From assembly GCA_023213395.1 (NCBI GenBank), contig CM041465.1, positions 92,387,741-92,451,740 of the forward strand: DNA of 64,000 bases, given 5' to 3'. The stretch comes from Cycas panzhihuaensis. Taxonomy: Eukaryota; Plantae; Cycadophyta. Numbering within the stretch: the stretch's first letter is position 1; each line of letters begins with the position of its first letter. Shown here one piece after another: positions 1-14,713 of this stretch. Both the position numbers and the translations under genes were made by a program. The notes under the pieces are model-generated. The model did no database searches, was not told the DNA's origin, and saw nothing but the letters and a program-made list of their open reading frames with translations.

Positions 1-3000
1 TTCTCAATAAAATGGGATAGTAAAAAAGAAAAATAAGACAACTATTAACATGACTTGGAGTATGTTTAAGGATATGCATATTAATAATGAGGTTAAGGCA
101 AAAGTTATTCATATAATTATTTACTTATTAAACATATGCACAACCAAAGCAATTATATGGTCCATACTTGAAGAGGCTTAGATAGGTCATAAGTCTAGTA
201 TATATTAGAAATACCATGCTAAAAATCAATAGGCAATATATTAATTATGTACACAACAAATAACAAAAGAAAACTAACACACAATCAAATATACATGGAA
301 AACCCTTTTAGGAAAAAACTCACCACAAATATTTATCAATCACATTAATACTAAATCTCCTAGTACAATGGACTTTGGATCCCTTTAAATAAATCTATAA
401 GTACCTCAAATAATACATTGATATTATATTCATTGGCTCATATTAATACATCATAAAGTCTACATAATGCGTGCCACTCTCATTGACTTATGTCTCATCA
501 TACCACATGCTACAATAAACAATAAGCAATCAAGTGCATTAATTGATAATCTAACATCCCCCCTTAATGTTAATGTGGGTCTTGTTAGTAGTTTGTATAT
601 CAACAACCCTTCTTCTTAGTTTGTGTTGACTAGGACTAGCCTACCCTATCCTTTTTCTTATCGATAGATTGATGAATTATCCTGTCAATGTTGCTAGTCT
701 GCAAATATGATCAACTTTATCGATAATTTCATCCCATGTCAAACTTTATTGATAACCCCCTCGACTATCCAACTTCATCGACTATCTTGTCAACTGTTAT
801 TGACTAATATCTATCCAACTTTGTTGACCATAAGTGCATCCAATTTTATTGACTAATATCTCACTTGATAAACTATCATCAGTCTGACCTGCTTAAATAA
901 CAACCAAACCAATAACTTCTCTTGAATGTATATCCATTATAATTATAACTTCTCCTGACTAACATTGACTCTATAATATCAAATTTCATTGACTGGGTAG
1001 CAAAGAATCATCTATTTCTATTTCTACTCTCTAACCTTATATTTATGATGTGAATAGTTAATAAAATAAAATAACTCCTCTATCAATAGCTTAAAGAATG
1101 GCTGTGAGTCTATAGAATAGATCTAACACTAGAAAAACATCCATGCTATAAATAAAGCTATCATTACATTACCATGGTGGATTTTTTGGTTATAAAAAAA
1201 GGCCAATCCTCAATAAAGGGTTGAGCTAGCATTACTTGGAAACCTATGATTTGATTAATCTACTAACTTCACCTACTTATATACAACCGCCTGCTCTTCC
1301 AAGTTGGTACACCCACAAAGCTAAGAGGATGGGTTGGATATACTTGTTAAGGATCAAGATACTCTAACACTCGTCTCCAAACTAGACTCGAGGTGACTCA
1401 AACCCTAACACTGGCTCTAATACCATGTTAAAAACACCATATTAGAAATCAACAAGCAACAAATCATTTAAGTATATAATAAGTAGTAAAAGGAAACTAA
1501 CATATAGCAAAATATATGTAAGAAACCCTTTTAGAAAAAAATCCACTACAAAGATATGTCGATCACATTAATACTAAATCTCCTAGTATAATGGACTTTG
1601 GATCCCTTTAAATAGATCCATAAGCGCCTCAAATAATACATGAATATTACATCCACTTACTTACATTAATACATCATAAAGTCTGCATACTATGCATCAC
1701 CCTCACCGAATTACATCTCATCATGTCACACACTACATTAAACATTAGGTGATCGACTGCATTAATGGCCACTCTAATATTATTAAATACTTAAGGGTTT
1801 TTTGGTGCATAATATAATCATATATTCTAAAATAGAGAATGACCAATTTAAATGATAAAAGCACTATGTGCATATTCTTATAAATTATACAACTTTAAGG
1901 GTAAAAGAATCATTATGAGTAGGGATATCATCTTTAATGAAAATTGATTCTATTAAGAAGATGTTTATGAAAAAGATAAAAATAAAAGTATAATGGTTGA
2001 TATGGAACCTAATACGAATAGTACAAATATACCTAATATAAATGAAGTAGGTCTATCTCCTTAAAATTAAAAAGTTCTAAAATATATGTAAAGGTGTCAT
2101 TACCCTTACAATATCTTACACATAAACTTTGAGAGAAGGACAACTAGATCTCAAAGGGTAAACTTTGCACTAATGACATAAATTATAAAGATAAACAAAC
2201 TTAAACTTTGAAGAGGTAAATAATTAAGATGAATAGAAGGTAGCAATAAAAGAGAAGTGTAGTGCCTTAGTGAAGAATGACACTTGGGAGTTAGTTGATT
2301 TATCATCAAGAAAAAAAACCATTGAGATAAAATTAATCTACAAGACCAAGTATAGATCAGCTAGTTCAATCAATAAGTCAAGGCATGACTATTTGCTAAA
2401 GGTTATACTAGAGTTAAAGGCATAAACTATAATGAAACATTTATGCCAATAATAAGGTTAGAATTAGATAGATTAAATATGGCCTTAGCTACACAACATA
2501 GTTAAATAATCCATCAAATGGATATAATTGCCTTCTTAAATGGATATATTAATGAAGAGATATATGCCTAAAAACCTAATGGTTTTGAGATAAAAGGTAA
2601 GGAAGAGAAGGTCTATAGACTTAGAAAAGCCTTGTATGGACTTAAATAGGCACCTAGCGCATGGTACTCTAGGATTGATAAATACTTCAAGGATAAATGA
2701 TTCCTAAGAAACCAATTAGACCCTAACTTTTGTATTAAGTTGGAAGAAAGTTCAATATTGATTATGGGTTTATATATTGATGAACTTGTATATACTAAGA
2801 ATTATGATTACTTATCCCAAAAGTTTAAAGAATATATGTTTAAAGAATTTAAAATGATAGATTTGGGGCGTATGCATTATTTCTTAGGCATTAGGGTATG
2901 GCAAGATGAAAAGGAGATATTTGTATCACAAAGGAAATACACATTGAACATATTATATAAATTTAATATGGATAGTTACAAATCACTTATAACACCTACA

Positions 3001-4048
3001 AAAGTTGGATTAAATTTATTTAAGTTTGAGGAGTCTTAACCATTTGACCCTACTCTATATAAATAGTTGATTCGGAGCCTTATTTACTTGACTTCAACTT
3101 AACTAGATATTATGTATATAATCAATGTAGTTTTTTTATTCATCCATAAGCCTAAGGTAAAGCATTAGCAAGTAGCCAAAAGAATTCTTAAGCAACTTAG
3201 AGGTACTATTAGGCATGGACTATATTATAAGTCATCAAGAGATGGTAGGTTGATTGGTTATATAAACTCAGACTAAGTAGGTTATATAGATAATAGGAAG
3301 TCTACCTCATGTTATATATTCAATTTGGGTTCAATAGTAATAGCATAGAATTCAAAGAAATAAGTAATAATATCTCTTTTTACTATAGAAGTAGAGTATA
3401 AGGTAGTTATAATAGGAGCTTATGAGATAATTTAACTTAGAAGGTTGCTTTAAAATTTGTAAGAAGAACAAATAGATCCTACATAATTAATTTGTAATAA
3501 CCAAAGTATAATATAGATGACTAGGAATCTAGTATTTCATGGCAAAACTAAGCACATTAAAATATAAAATATCACTTCATTAGAGAACTAGTATAGTAAG
3601 GTGAGTTGGAGTTGGTCTATTATAACATAGAGGATTAAGTACCAAATATCTTCACAAAGGTGCTCAGCAAAATAAAATTTAGCAAATTTAGAGATAATCT
3701 TGGAGTCACCCCAAATGGACACTATGAGGGAGAAATATTGGAATAATGCCCATATTAGGGCTATTTCTCAAATCTTGGCATGTCAGAATAATATGGCATT
3801 TACCAACACCAAGTAGCGATTGACCTTAAGGCATGTATCAATGTACCCTTGATCCCACTTACTTATCTATAGGGTCCAAAGACCCTGGTGTTCATCAACA
3901 CTACCCACTTGTCAAATCATATTTGTCTCTTCTTACTTTTTATTTTTCTCATTATTTTACTCTTAATCCCATCACATAGAGGGGTTATATCCCTTAACTT
4001 ATGGATATATCATTTCACAGAGGGGTTGCATCCCTTAACTTCATAACA
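1..4048 (+). mobile_element. Ty1/copia LTR retrotransposon remnant (integrase C-term, RT, RNase H, PPT, 3' LTR), interrupted by TRIM-like element at 203-1779
   Basis: Decayed translations: integrase 'NGIVKKKNKTTINM' at 1-200 resuming 'KYLRVF' at ~1785; RT 'KNDTWELVDL', 'HQMD..AFLNG', 'RLRKALYGLK*AP.AW', 'EFKMIDLGRMHYFLGI' (ORF 2740-3039); RNase H 'NRKSTS.YIFNLG', 'FHGKTKHI'. Copia order INT-RT-RH. PPT gagggagaaa then tattgg (decayed TGTTGG) at 3736. LTR end near 4048 is uncertain. Confidence 0.85.
203..1779 (-). mobile_element. TRIM-like non-autonomous LTR retroelement (354-bp LTRs at 203-556 and 1426-1779, 869-bp non-coding interior)
   Basis: Two alignable 354-bp direct repeats. PPT tcccccctt right after 556; tRNA-iMet-type PBS (gctctaatacca = rc of tggtattagagc) right before 1426. 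Degenerate 5-bp TSD gtata/ttatt. The copia integrase frame resumes after it. Confidence 0.85.
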
Positions 4049-5799
4049 ATATTTAATAGTTTTAGTAATCCACAATATTTTAAATAGTTAGAGTAGGCCA
4101 ATTCCCTCAATGTTTTATTTGTAATTAGACAAAACATGTAGCGAAAGCAAAAATAAGCTAGTATTAGCATACTTATCAATGCTTGTTAACATTAGTATTT
4201 AAAAAAGAAAAAGAAAAAGGATTTCTTCTTGTCGGGTACATACATAATTATATTAATTAGATGTTTAATTAATTTTTATTGAAACTTAATAGGAATAATA
4301 TATGGAGTTTATCATCATTGTGTTCAATCATTAGTGAAATGTATCATCTAAAGCTAGAGGTACATATTATCAAAGAAACAATTGATATGAGGACATTTAT
4401 TTTTAGTAATGTTACAGGTCATAAATGCATTCATGATATGTATGACAACAATTTTCATCACCAATTTCTCATTAAAGAAGATGATAAGAATACAGTGTTA
4501 TCAAATAAAAAATTTTCAAATAGTCTAATATAGTTGCCTATAGGTAGTTTGATTTTTTTGAAATATATTCCAAAATGTAGACTATTTGTGTCAAAAGTAG
4601 ACCCACTTATACCAAATATAAAAAGTTTTAATGCTAACAAAGCAAAGTAGGAGGTTAATTATTTAAATTATCTACAAGAAATAAAGAAGATGATTATAGA
4701 TGCCTTTACTAATTTTGAATCAATAGATATCTTATGGTAGAGAATGGTTTGTTCAAAACATGAAGAAATCATACTTGTAGCATAAGAAAGCAATATACCA
4801 TTACTCTTGTTGAATGGTTGGTTGTTGGTTTTACTATTGCAATGAATTTAATTAATCATAATATATCTTGTATCTATAGAACCTCTATTTACAATTTCTA
4901 TGGGGAAATAAGGGAGATATATTTAGGTGCAAGAAAATCTTGCACATGCCATGAGAGATTAGAGCAAGTAAAGGGGAGAGGAGGTTATTACAATATTTGA
5001 AAGTAGGTACTATAATTACAGTTTTAGCTAATAAGGATGAGCCAAGTTGTCTTTTTTGGATCGTAAAGGTTATTAAATTAATTTATTAATTTGAGTAAAT
5101 AAGTGTAATTTAAGTTCATTGGTATAAAACAATTTCTATAGATCCCTTATCAAGGGCATATAAAGAAGAAATGGCTTTGATAGGAAAGAGAACCAAGGCA
5201 AACAAAGGAACTTGAATACCAAAGAATAAGCCATGACTTGATACATTAGCATTGGATGATATGGATATATTTGTATATGATTTTGTATCAATCTCCACTA
5301 GTCATCTTCTAAAACATATACAAAATATTATAATGCAAAATATTCTAAAGGCTATTCAATTCATTAATATTGAAACATCATGAGTTCATGAAGGGTTCAA
5401 TGATTATCTAGAGGGTGCACACGTACACTCTATAGAAAAAGAGGATTTTCTATCATCATCTAAAAAACCATATGATGAAGATGTAAAAATTTTAAACATT
5501 TATGCAAATTTTAATTTGAGTAACTTTGAAAATTTATTATTATATTAATTTTATTTGCATGTGAACTTTTTTAAACCAATCATCTTTTTTTTTTCTTTTT
5601 TCTTTCCCCCAAAAATATACATATTTTTAGGAATTATTATGCATAGTGCTTATCTTAAAATTTTTAAAAATATAAAAAAGTACAATTTTTTTAGGACATA
5701 TATATTTAGAATATAGTAATTTTTTAAACTTGTATATTTTTTACCCTTTTCTTAGGGAATATTTTTAAAAATACAAAATATGTGTTATTTCCATGTTAA

Positions 5800-6590
5800 T
5801 AAATAAATGGAAAAAATAGAAGAAATCATGCATAGCCTTAATGATAATTTGAATATAGCCTATAATAAGATGAAACAACAATGATTCCTCCATCTCTCAA
5901 AATGATAATTTGAAGTTGGTGATTAGGTGTTCCTAAGATTATAATAATATTAAAAAAATCACCATGGAATTATTCAACAAACAAAAGATCTAACCCAAGT
6001 TTTATGGACCTTTTTAAGTATTAAGAAGAGTAAGAGAAGTCACATATCAATTGGACTTACATAACACTCGAATATATAATGTTTCATATATCTTGTTTAA
6101 AGAAGATAATTGGGAAAAAAGGTCCAACTGCAAATAACTTTACCAAAGCTTGATGATGAAGAATCACTAGTGTTACAACCATAAGGCATTCTTGATACTA
6201 GGCCCAAGTAATTACGTAGAAGACAATTCAAGGATTATCTAGTGAAATGGAAAAATATAGAAGAAGAAGATGTTGCTTGGAAGGATGAAAGTTGGCATCA
6301 ACAAAATTATATATGTTGGTACTTCAAGGGCAAAGCATCTTCTAGTAGGGAGAACTAGTTATACTCTAAAACATAAAGGAATTGGAATAATTAATATTTA
6401 ATTAGGAAGTTAATGTTTTGGAGGGAAAAATAGTGATGGGTTAATATGATTATAAATACTCGTCTTATACTCTAACATAGTCATCTGAATTTTGATTCTA
6501 TACTTGTGGTGACTATTTTAGTATTTAAGACATCTCCTCGCCTCGAAAAGGGTTGTTATTCTATTTTTTTATGTGAAGGAGGGTGGTAAC
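5800..6590 (+). mobile_element. Ty3/gypsy chromovirus 3' remnant (integrase C-term, chromodomain, PPT/LTR)
   Basis: Decayed 'FEVGD*VFLRL', 'KFYGPF*VL', 'SCLKK' and chromodomain 'DYLVKWKNIEEEDVAWKDE' (~6232-6290), followed by a purine tract agtagggagaa. Confidence 0.75.
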
Positions 6591-6886
6591 AATAAATGAT
6601 GGGTGAATTCCAAGAATTTATATAAGGATAATAATAGTTAAGAGGAAAAAACATGTACAAAAAATGATAACAGGTAGCTCACCAAATATATAGCTAGTGA
6701 ATGCAAACTTCAAAATTTTAGATATACTTTCATTCTAATATCACTTTTAGGGGTCTATGCTACTGTAATACTTAAATGGAAAATGTAAAATGCAACACAT
6801 CCTAGGTATAGCATGTCACTTCCTTGAATATAAGTGATGCAATAGGGTTAGTTTAGCTAACATTCCCATTTCCTAGTTTACCATTG

Positions 6887-7006
6887 TATATATATATATG
6901 TATGTGTATGTACACACACACACATAAATATATATAGGCATATACATATATACACATGTGTGTGTGTGTGTATGTGCACACACACACACACACACACACA
7001 TATATA
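6887..7006. repeat. Compound (TA)n/(CA)n/(TG)n microsatellite
   Basis: About 120 bp of mostly alternating purine-pyrimidine dinucleotides, directly visible. Confidence 0.95.
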
Positions 7007-10000
7007 GACACTTATAAAGTGGTAGATCCTCAAGCCATAGGTGTAAGGATAAAGAAATTCAAAGTTAAAACAAATCATACACAAGAACACCTTCTTAAAA
7101 CTTCTAATCTCCCTTTAAAATTTAAAAAAAATCTAGAAGTGTACATATATAAGGCCTCCTACCATAATAAAATCCTAAAAACTATCTCCTAAAACTATTT
7201 CACTGCTTTGGAGTGAAAAATCTTCTCATTTAAAATTTCATATTTTTTTAAAGTTTTTTTTTTTTTTGATATTGTTTAAATAAATGAGGGGATTTAGAAG
7301 GGGACCCTAACCCCTTTACACAGTCTAACTGCAAAGCCCTTAGAAACTACCGTGACAAGTCCATGGCCTAGGTGACACCCCCATCTACTAATAGACTACT
7401 AGCCCCCCATGCTAACGACAAGCCTGATAGCTAACTTATGATTGCCATGACACGCCCAATGGCTAGCAAAACCTATATGGTATTAATACCCAGACCCAAA
7501 ATCCCTTTAGAGATCATGTCCCTCCATAACTCATTCCTTTTAACCTAGACCCCCCAATTAGCTAGCTTGTCAGCAACCCCATTACCTTCTCTATAGGTAT
7601 GATTAATCTGACTATCAGTTCTACCCTTAAGAGACTCCTTAGCATCATTTATCAAAGCTCTATATCTCTAATCTGGGTATGCTTCCCCTCTGATTAATTT
7701 TATTATATTCAACGAATCCCTTTCTAGAATGACCCTATCGTGGCCCTCCAGGGATATCATCTCCACAACTTTACGCATAGCTTCCATCTCAACTTGATGG
7801 TTGGTTTGGGAACCATAATAATCCCTGAAGGCCCAAATCACCATTCCTTTAGCATTTCTATATACCTCCCAACCCCCCACTTCATCGGGATTACCTTTGA
7901 TTACATCATTAAAATTTAGTTTTACCTAATGTACTGGGGGAGGGTCCCACTTGAACTACCTTTTGGTCTTATTTTAACTCTAGGGCAAATTCCCCATTTT
8001 TTCAAAATCTTCCTTTCCCCAAGAGGAAAGGAATTCTCCTCCTCCTCCTTCAAGGTCTCTCTCAGGGCCCTAAAGATCATCCCAAAAAGCTTTAATTTGT
8101 CCATATGCTTCTCTTGAAAGATTTTTCTATTTCTTTCTTTCCATTGGTTCCACATCATCATAAGTGATGACGTAAGCTAAAGGAACTTAGAAGCTCTACT
8201 CCTAAAGGGGCATATCCAAGAAGAAGCAAGATCCCTCACCATCCTAAGAAGAACCCACTTAATACCAAACGTATTCCATAACAACTTCCACACCTCCCTG
8301 GAATAGGGGCAATGTCATACTATGTGATTAAGGGACTCCTCCTTAACTCTACACAATATACATCTACTCACCATAATAAACCCTCTTTTAAGCAAAGCCA
8401 CTATAAGATAGTTACCTTAGGAATAAGTCCTAATTTCCAAACATCCCCTAGCATTTTATTATCAGTGAAGCCTTTTTCTAATAGCAAAAATAGATATCTC
8501 ATCTTCATTGAATAATCTCTAGAGGGGGACCTAAACCAAAACATAACGTCCTCCTTGGGGAATTTAGGAATGTAACGTTTGACTAGCTCATTTCTCAAGG
8601 CTACGATTTGATCCTTTCCCCCATTATCAAGGGGAAATTCCTTAAAGCATCTCCAGTTCTTTAAGTCCCCACAACTTTCCCAGTAATCATTAACTTTCCT
8701 CCCATAGATCCTCTCATAGGTATTCTGGAGCAAGCCTAAAGTGGGTCTCTCCTTCAACTGAGACCTCCCATACCAGACATCCTCCTAGAGATTAATTTTT
8801 TCACCATTCCCTAGACTCCTATCACAAGCATCTTCCTCACATGGATGAGGCTTCTCTAGATCACAGAGCCACCCTTACCTCAAAGGTCATCCCTTAGGTA
8901 CTTTTTGTCCCTAAGTTATTTATGTATCATGATTATGCACCACAATTTATTATCCTCCTTAGACAAGCTCTAACTAAGCTTCGCCACCAAAACCCTATTA
9001 AAACATACTATATCTTTCATATTTAGCCCTCCTACCTGCTTAGGGAGATAAACTTTCTCCCAAGCTACAAGGTAAATTATATCATTATCCTTCACTCCCA
9101 ACCACAAAAACCTCTTTTGAATGGATTCAAGATCTTTGATGATCTTAACCAGATATCTAAACAAGCATATCATATAAGTTGAAATGTTCTAAAGAGAGGA
9201 AGTCAACAATTGTAATTTGCTTGGGACAATAAAGCCCTTTTCCATCCTACTAGCTTCATTTAGACCTAATTGATAATAGGGTTCCAAAGCTCCTTCTCTA
9301 TTCTGCCCATAAAGAGAGTCATTATAAGGTACAGGGTAAGAAGTTTCTGAATAGGCATTCCCAGAATCCTATTGATAGCACCCTCATTTTTGCTAAGGTG
9401 TTCAGGAAGAAAATATTACTTTTATTGAGATTATTCTTCTGATTTGTTGACTTCTTAAACCTTATTAGCTCAAATTTAATAGCTCTAGCCTCTGTAATTG
9501 TAGCCTTACCCAATAAGATATTATGATCCACAAAATGATGATGGGTAACATTACCCACTCCCGATGTGGGCTTTAACCCTATAATCTTCCCTATCCTCTT
9601 AGCTTCCTCCAAAGCCCTCCCCAATATTTCAGCCATGATAATAAAGAGATATGGGGCTAAGGGGTCTCCTTACCATAAACCTCTAAAGCTTGGGAAGAAA
9701 ACCATCGATGTACCATTAACCATCACTGAAAATTTTGGTTTTAATATGTAGCTATTTATCTAATTCCCACCTGGTCACTAAACCCAAAGGCTCTGATGCA
9801 TTCCTTCAAAGAGTCCCACGAAACTCTATCATAGGCCTTGGAGAGATTAATTTTTACAATCATTCCAGCTTCCTTCCTTTAAAACATTGAATGGGCTATT
9901 TTATGAACCACAACTATTCCATCCAAGATCTGCCTACCTTTTACAAAACCATCTTAATTAGGAGATATTATCAATAAAAGGATTCCTTTAAGCCTATTTG

Positions 10001-13000
10001 TTAAAATCTTTGCTAACATTTTGTATTTCACATTACATAGGCTTATTGATTTGAAGTCTTCCATTCTTTTCGCTTCACCTTCCTTTGAGATAAGGACTAG
10101 GAAAGTAGCCTACCCTTCCCCATGGATCTTGCCATTTGCATGAAATTTTGAGACCACCTCAAGGAGATCTTCCTTGATGATGTCCCAATACTCCTGGAAG
10201 AAACCCAAAGGAAAGCCATCCAGTCTTAGGGCTTTCTCCTTTTTTCATATCGAACACAACACTTCTCACTTCTTCCATTGAGAAGGGAGCCTCTAGAGCT
10301 CTGTTCAAATCTTTCCCAACTTTCTTAGGGATCATATCTAACATCTCTCTCCTAGCCTCAACATCTAGGCACCTAGGTTTATTAAATATATCTCTAAAGT
10401 AATCCATTACAACATCCTTCATACCTTTATGGTCTGAAATTTCCTCCCCATCTATGTTGATCAACACCTTGATATGATTACAAGTTTTGTGCTTCAATGT
10501 GGTCATATAAAAAAATTCCATATTTTTATCGCCTTTAGCCAACCACAGGGCTCTAGATTTTTGCCTCTAGTGAATTTCTTCTTTTAACAGAATATCCGCC
10601 AACTTGGTTAAGAGACCTCTCTCGCTCTAGTCTAAAGGATGAGATCTCTTTTCTTCCTATATTTTCATCTCTAGATCCTTAAGCTCCTCTAAGATATGAT
10701 TCTTAGTTCCAAATATATTCCCATGGGAGTTCTTATTCTAATCTTTCACTTAACTCTTCACCCACTTCAATTTTTTAGAGAATCTAAACATTAAACAACC
10801 TTTTGCTAGAATCTCCCACTAGTCTGTAATCAAATCACGAAGGCTCATGTCCTTCATCCACATCAACTTGAATTTAAAGAGGGCTCTTATATACCTCTTA
10901 TTATCAACAAAGTTCAAAACCAATGGAGAGTGATCTAACACTGATTTAGGCATCGCTTCAAGAGTAACATTGCCATACTGGTTGGCCCAAGCATAGTTTA
11001 TCAAAACTCTATCTAGCCTATCCTATATATGGTTCTCCCCCAGTCTTTTATTCGACCAGGTGTACTTAGGGCCTCTGAGGAAGAAGTCTATCACTCCCCC
11101 TTTTTGCATGAACTCTCTTAGGTCTACCATACTCTTAGACCAACCCCCCTGGTCCCCTTTCTTTTCCCCAAGTGATAAGGCTGTATTAAAGTCTCCAATA
11201 ATCACCCAAGGACCCCCTAGTCCTTTTGAGCATCCAATAGCCTATCCCATAGGCATTTCCTCCCATCCTACATTAGAGAAGTATAAACATTTGTAACCAA
11301 CCATTTTAGATTGGATCTTTTACAGGTTAACCAATTGGATATGAAATGCTCCTCAGATAGGCAAATCTCCCCTTCCTAGCTTATGGGGTTCCACATGGTA
11401 ACCAAGCCACTAGAGCCTCTACTCCCATCTCTAGCAAGCATCCTAGCTCTCCTCCAAACCTTATTGATAACTACATCTATATTTCTTACCTCTAGTTTGG
11501 TTTCTTGTAAGAGGAGAAGATCCAACTCGTGGTTAGAATAGAAGTCTCTAACCATTTTGTATTTAGGAGGGGCATCCATACCCCAAATGTTCTAGGAGGC
11601 AAGTTTTATATTGACTCCTCCTTCTCCTCATGTTGAACTTAATATATTTTACTCCTTAATTTAGGCCCTTGCCCTCCTCCATCCCTTAATGTGCGATGAC
11701 TGCCTTGGTCTATCTGGATGGCTGCCTCCCTTTCTTACAGAACTTTAGAAGAATGTTTCCTAGGCCTCTTTTCACTTTTGAAGTATGGGCCTTTATCTGA
11801 TTTAGTTCCTTAGATTCCTGATATAACATGGTCTAAGTCCCTCTCTTGATGCATTTTGCTTTCGAGGATGGGGCTCTTAATACCCTCCTCCCTCTCTTCA
11901 ACCTCCCCTTCTTCAAAGAGGGTATCCTCCTCCTCCAGATCTAAATCTTTCTCAACTTCTGTAAGAGCTTCTTCTTCTAGAGTTTTCCCAGCTTCTACCA
12001 GGATGCATTCCTCAACCTCTTTCCCAACATTTGTAGGGACCAGTTTATCTCTCTTTTCCTCATCAATTTCTGCCTGAGGCCTAAACTGTTTATTATTAGC
12101 CTCTTCCTTTTCCACTTCTTGAGGCACTAAGGGCCCTTTCTTAGGTTCCCCAGGATAATTTTAGGGGAGATGACCTTAATGCTTGCATGTTAAACATCTC
12201 ACGTTCTCTAATTCAAATAACAATTTTTGGTCTCTACACCAGCCTTCTCCCTTAATTTTCACCCTATCAAGGAGGGGTCTGTCCAGCCTATCCAGAGTAC
12301 AAAATATGGTGTTCACTATCCTACTCCTATTCTTGGTGGTTGAATCGACTACTAGAAGAGGGCTAATAACTTTCACAACACCTTTGATAACATAAAGATA
12401 CCAAGCTTGTAGTGGTAAACTTGGTAGTTAGACCCAAAGAGGGAGTTGCCTCACATAACCCTCAGTTGGATTAAAATCTAGATGCCACTTGTCCAACAAG
12501 ATTGCTTTTCTCCCAACCAATTATAACTTCTTTGGATGAATGGAACAGTGAAGGCGACGAACGGTTCTGGTGGCTAGGGTTAGCAGGAGACAGAGATGTA
12601 GGCTGGGGGTCCTCAGAAGGATCATGGCGATGGCGTGAGGCCATGGTTGGACTAATTTTACATCGTGGAAGTGAAGACAGCTGAGCGTGCCAGAGATCTG
12701 AGTCAGATGGAGAAAGATTTGTTGGGAGGAGAGGCGATAGTGAAGGAAGGTTAGCCCTAGCTAGGGAGGGCTATGAAATTAAAAGTAAAGACAGAGGTAG
12801 GTTAGAGACTGGCTAGAGAGAAGGTCCATTGATAGAGAAAAAGGGAAGGGCCGAGGACGCAGCTATACAACTTCATAAGCATGCGGAGCATCTCATTCAC
12901 AAGCAACTTAGTTCTGGGTGGAGCCAAACAGAACTCAGCTTTTACCTCTGAAGGGTTTGTAGCCACAGGAGCTTCAGTCAAAGACAGAGCCTATTTATCT

Positions 13001-13132
13001 AAGAATGGTATTCTAGAAGATTCAAGGAGGTAGAGATCCAAGGTAGGAAGGGGGCAAGTCTATGCAGAGATCTGTAGATTTAATTTAGTGGTGAGTCTAT
13101 GCAATTATTGTAAGTTTTTATCTGTTACCTAA

Positions 13133-14713
13133 ATGATGCAAGTATCACCAAACCAATCTCAGTCCTCACCCGCAGGGAGGACTTACCTTGACGTTCTAAG
13201 GAATGGAAACCATGAAGAACATGAGATTTACCCTATCAAGATTGGAAATAGGTTTAAAATTTCAATCCTGAAAGAGGTAACTGAAAAGACCATCCAATAC
13301 TGGGAAAATAGCCTAGTGGGTAGGTTTTCGAGACCTAGACCAGGGTTGGATGTCATTAGAGAGTGGATAAAAAATAAGTAGAAAATTAGAAACCTGGTTC
13401 AGGTTATGGAAATGCTGAAGGGATGCGTCCTCTTTAGGTTTGCTAATCAGGAGGATATGATACCTATCCTTCTTAAATCCCCATGGATGTTTGGGAGAAA
13501 GGCCATGTCTCTAGAGAAGTGGCACCCAGATTTCGACCCTAGAACTCCTGTGGTAAAACAAGCCCCAGTATGGGTGCAGATGCCAGGGCTCCCCTTGCAT
13601 TTCTGGAACCCGGAGACAGTCAAAGGGGTGACGAAGATGATCGGGCCTTTACTAGCAATGGGCTCAGCAAAAAACATAGATCCTAGTTGATGAACGCAAG
13701 ATTCTGCATCCTTGCTAGGCTTGATAGCGAGCTCCTAGATGATATTAAGATTGAGTCAGATGGTAGATCCATTATTCAAAGTTTATTTTTTGAACTGGAG
13801 GGTTTTAGATGTGCAAAGTATAAGTGCAGGGGGCATTTCTCTTTTCAATACCCAGGGGTTCTAGCAAGGATGGACAAGCAGGAAGAATGCAAAGAGAAAG
13901 AAGATGGAGAAGTAGAAGTAACCAAGGGGGTAGCCTCGGCTATAGGCACCGAAAGGCTAGGTAAGGATGTGGATAGAAATGAGTTAGAAGGTGTAGAAAA
14001 CAAGGAATGGCTGAATGTTGCTAATGGAAAGTCCCATAGTGCGTTGGGCTAGGGAATGGTCTTGGAACCAGGCTACGCATCGGTATGTCCCATACAAAAA
14101 ATAAAAGTTGGTAGTTCAAGAAGACGGTAGCAAAGAAACTGCAGAAATAGAGGTGGGAAGGGGAGAAACCAAAGGTGTAGATGTTGAAAGAAACATAGGA
14201 CTAGTTCTGTGCTTGGAACGGGGATCATCGGTAGAGGGCTCTAAAGATCAGACAAAGGAAGTTAGTCAGACGCCTGGGGGAGGGGATTCCTCCCCAACAG
14301 CTGTAACACCGGCTTTGACTCATCTTGTGAAGAATATTAACTGGGATTTAGAGGATTACCTCTTAGAGACAGAAGATGGGGGACCTCAGGAGCTGTCCCA
14401 AGCGGAGGGGCAGGTAGGTATCATAGCTTAAGGAGCTACTGGAACTAGGGTTAAAGTAGCGAATCCTAAAAAGGGAGGAGGTGGGACACATAAATGGGTC
14501 TCAAAAGGTAATATGCTGGATCCGAAGAAGGCACCAGACTATGGGCTAGAAAAGAAGGTGGGAAGACCACCCAAAAAGGCAAGCAGAGAGAAGGAAACAC
14601 AAGCTCAGATCGACATGGGATACCAGAGTACGTTAAAGGAGGGGGGAAGTGTTAAAGGGCCCTATCCTCAAAAGCAGGAAATGATGAGGGGAGGGGTCCT
14701 AGGATATCCATGA
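13133..14713 (+). pseudogene. LINE-B ORF1 (DUF4283/RRM-like plus zinc knuckle), disrupted
   Basis: 'WENSLVGRFSRPRPGLDVIREW', 'SPWMFGRKAMSLEKWHPDFDP', 'PVWVQMPGLPLHFW', degenerate CCHC 'FRCAKYKCRGH'. In-frame stops and frameshifts present. Confidence 0.85.

Noticed and set aside
4080-5795. Possible hAT transposase remnant and subterminal repeats
   Set aside because: Only faint motif resemblance; too decayed to support, and no TIR/TSD pair was identified.
6878-7192. ORFs with CVCVCV/HTHTHT runs
   Set aside because: Translation artefacts of the microsatellite.
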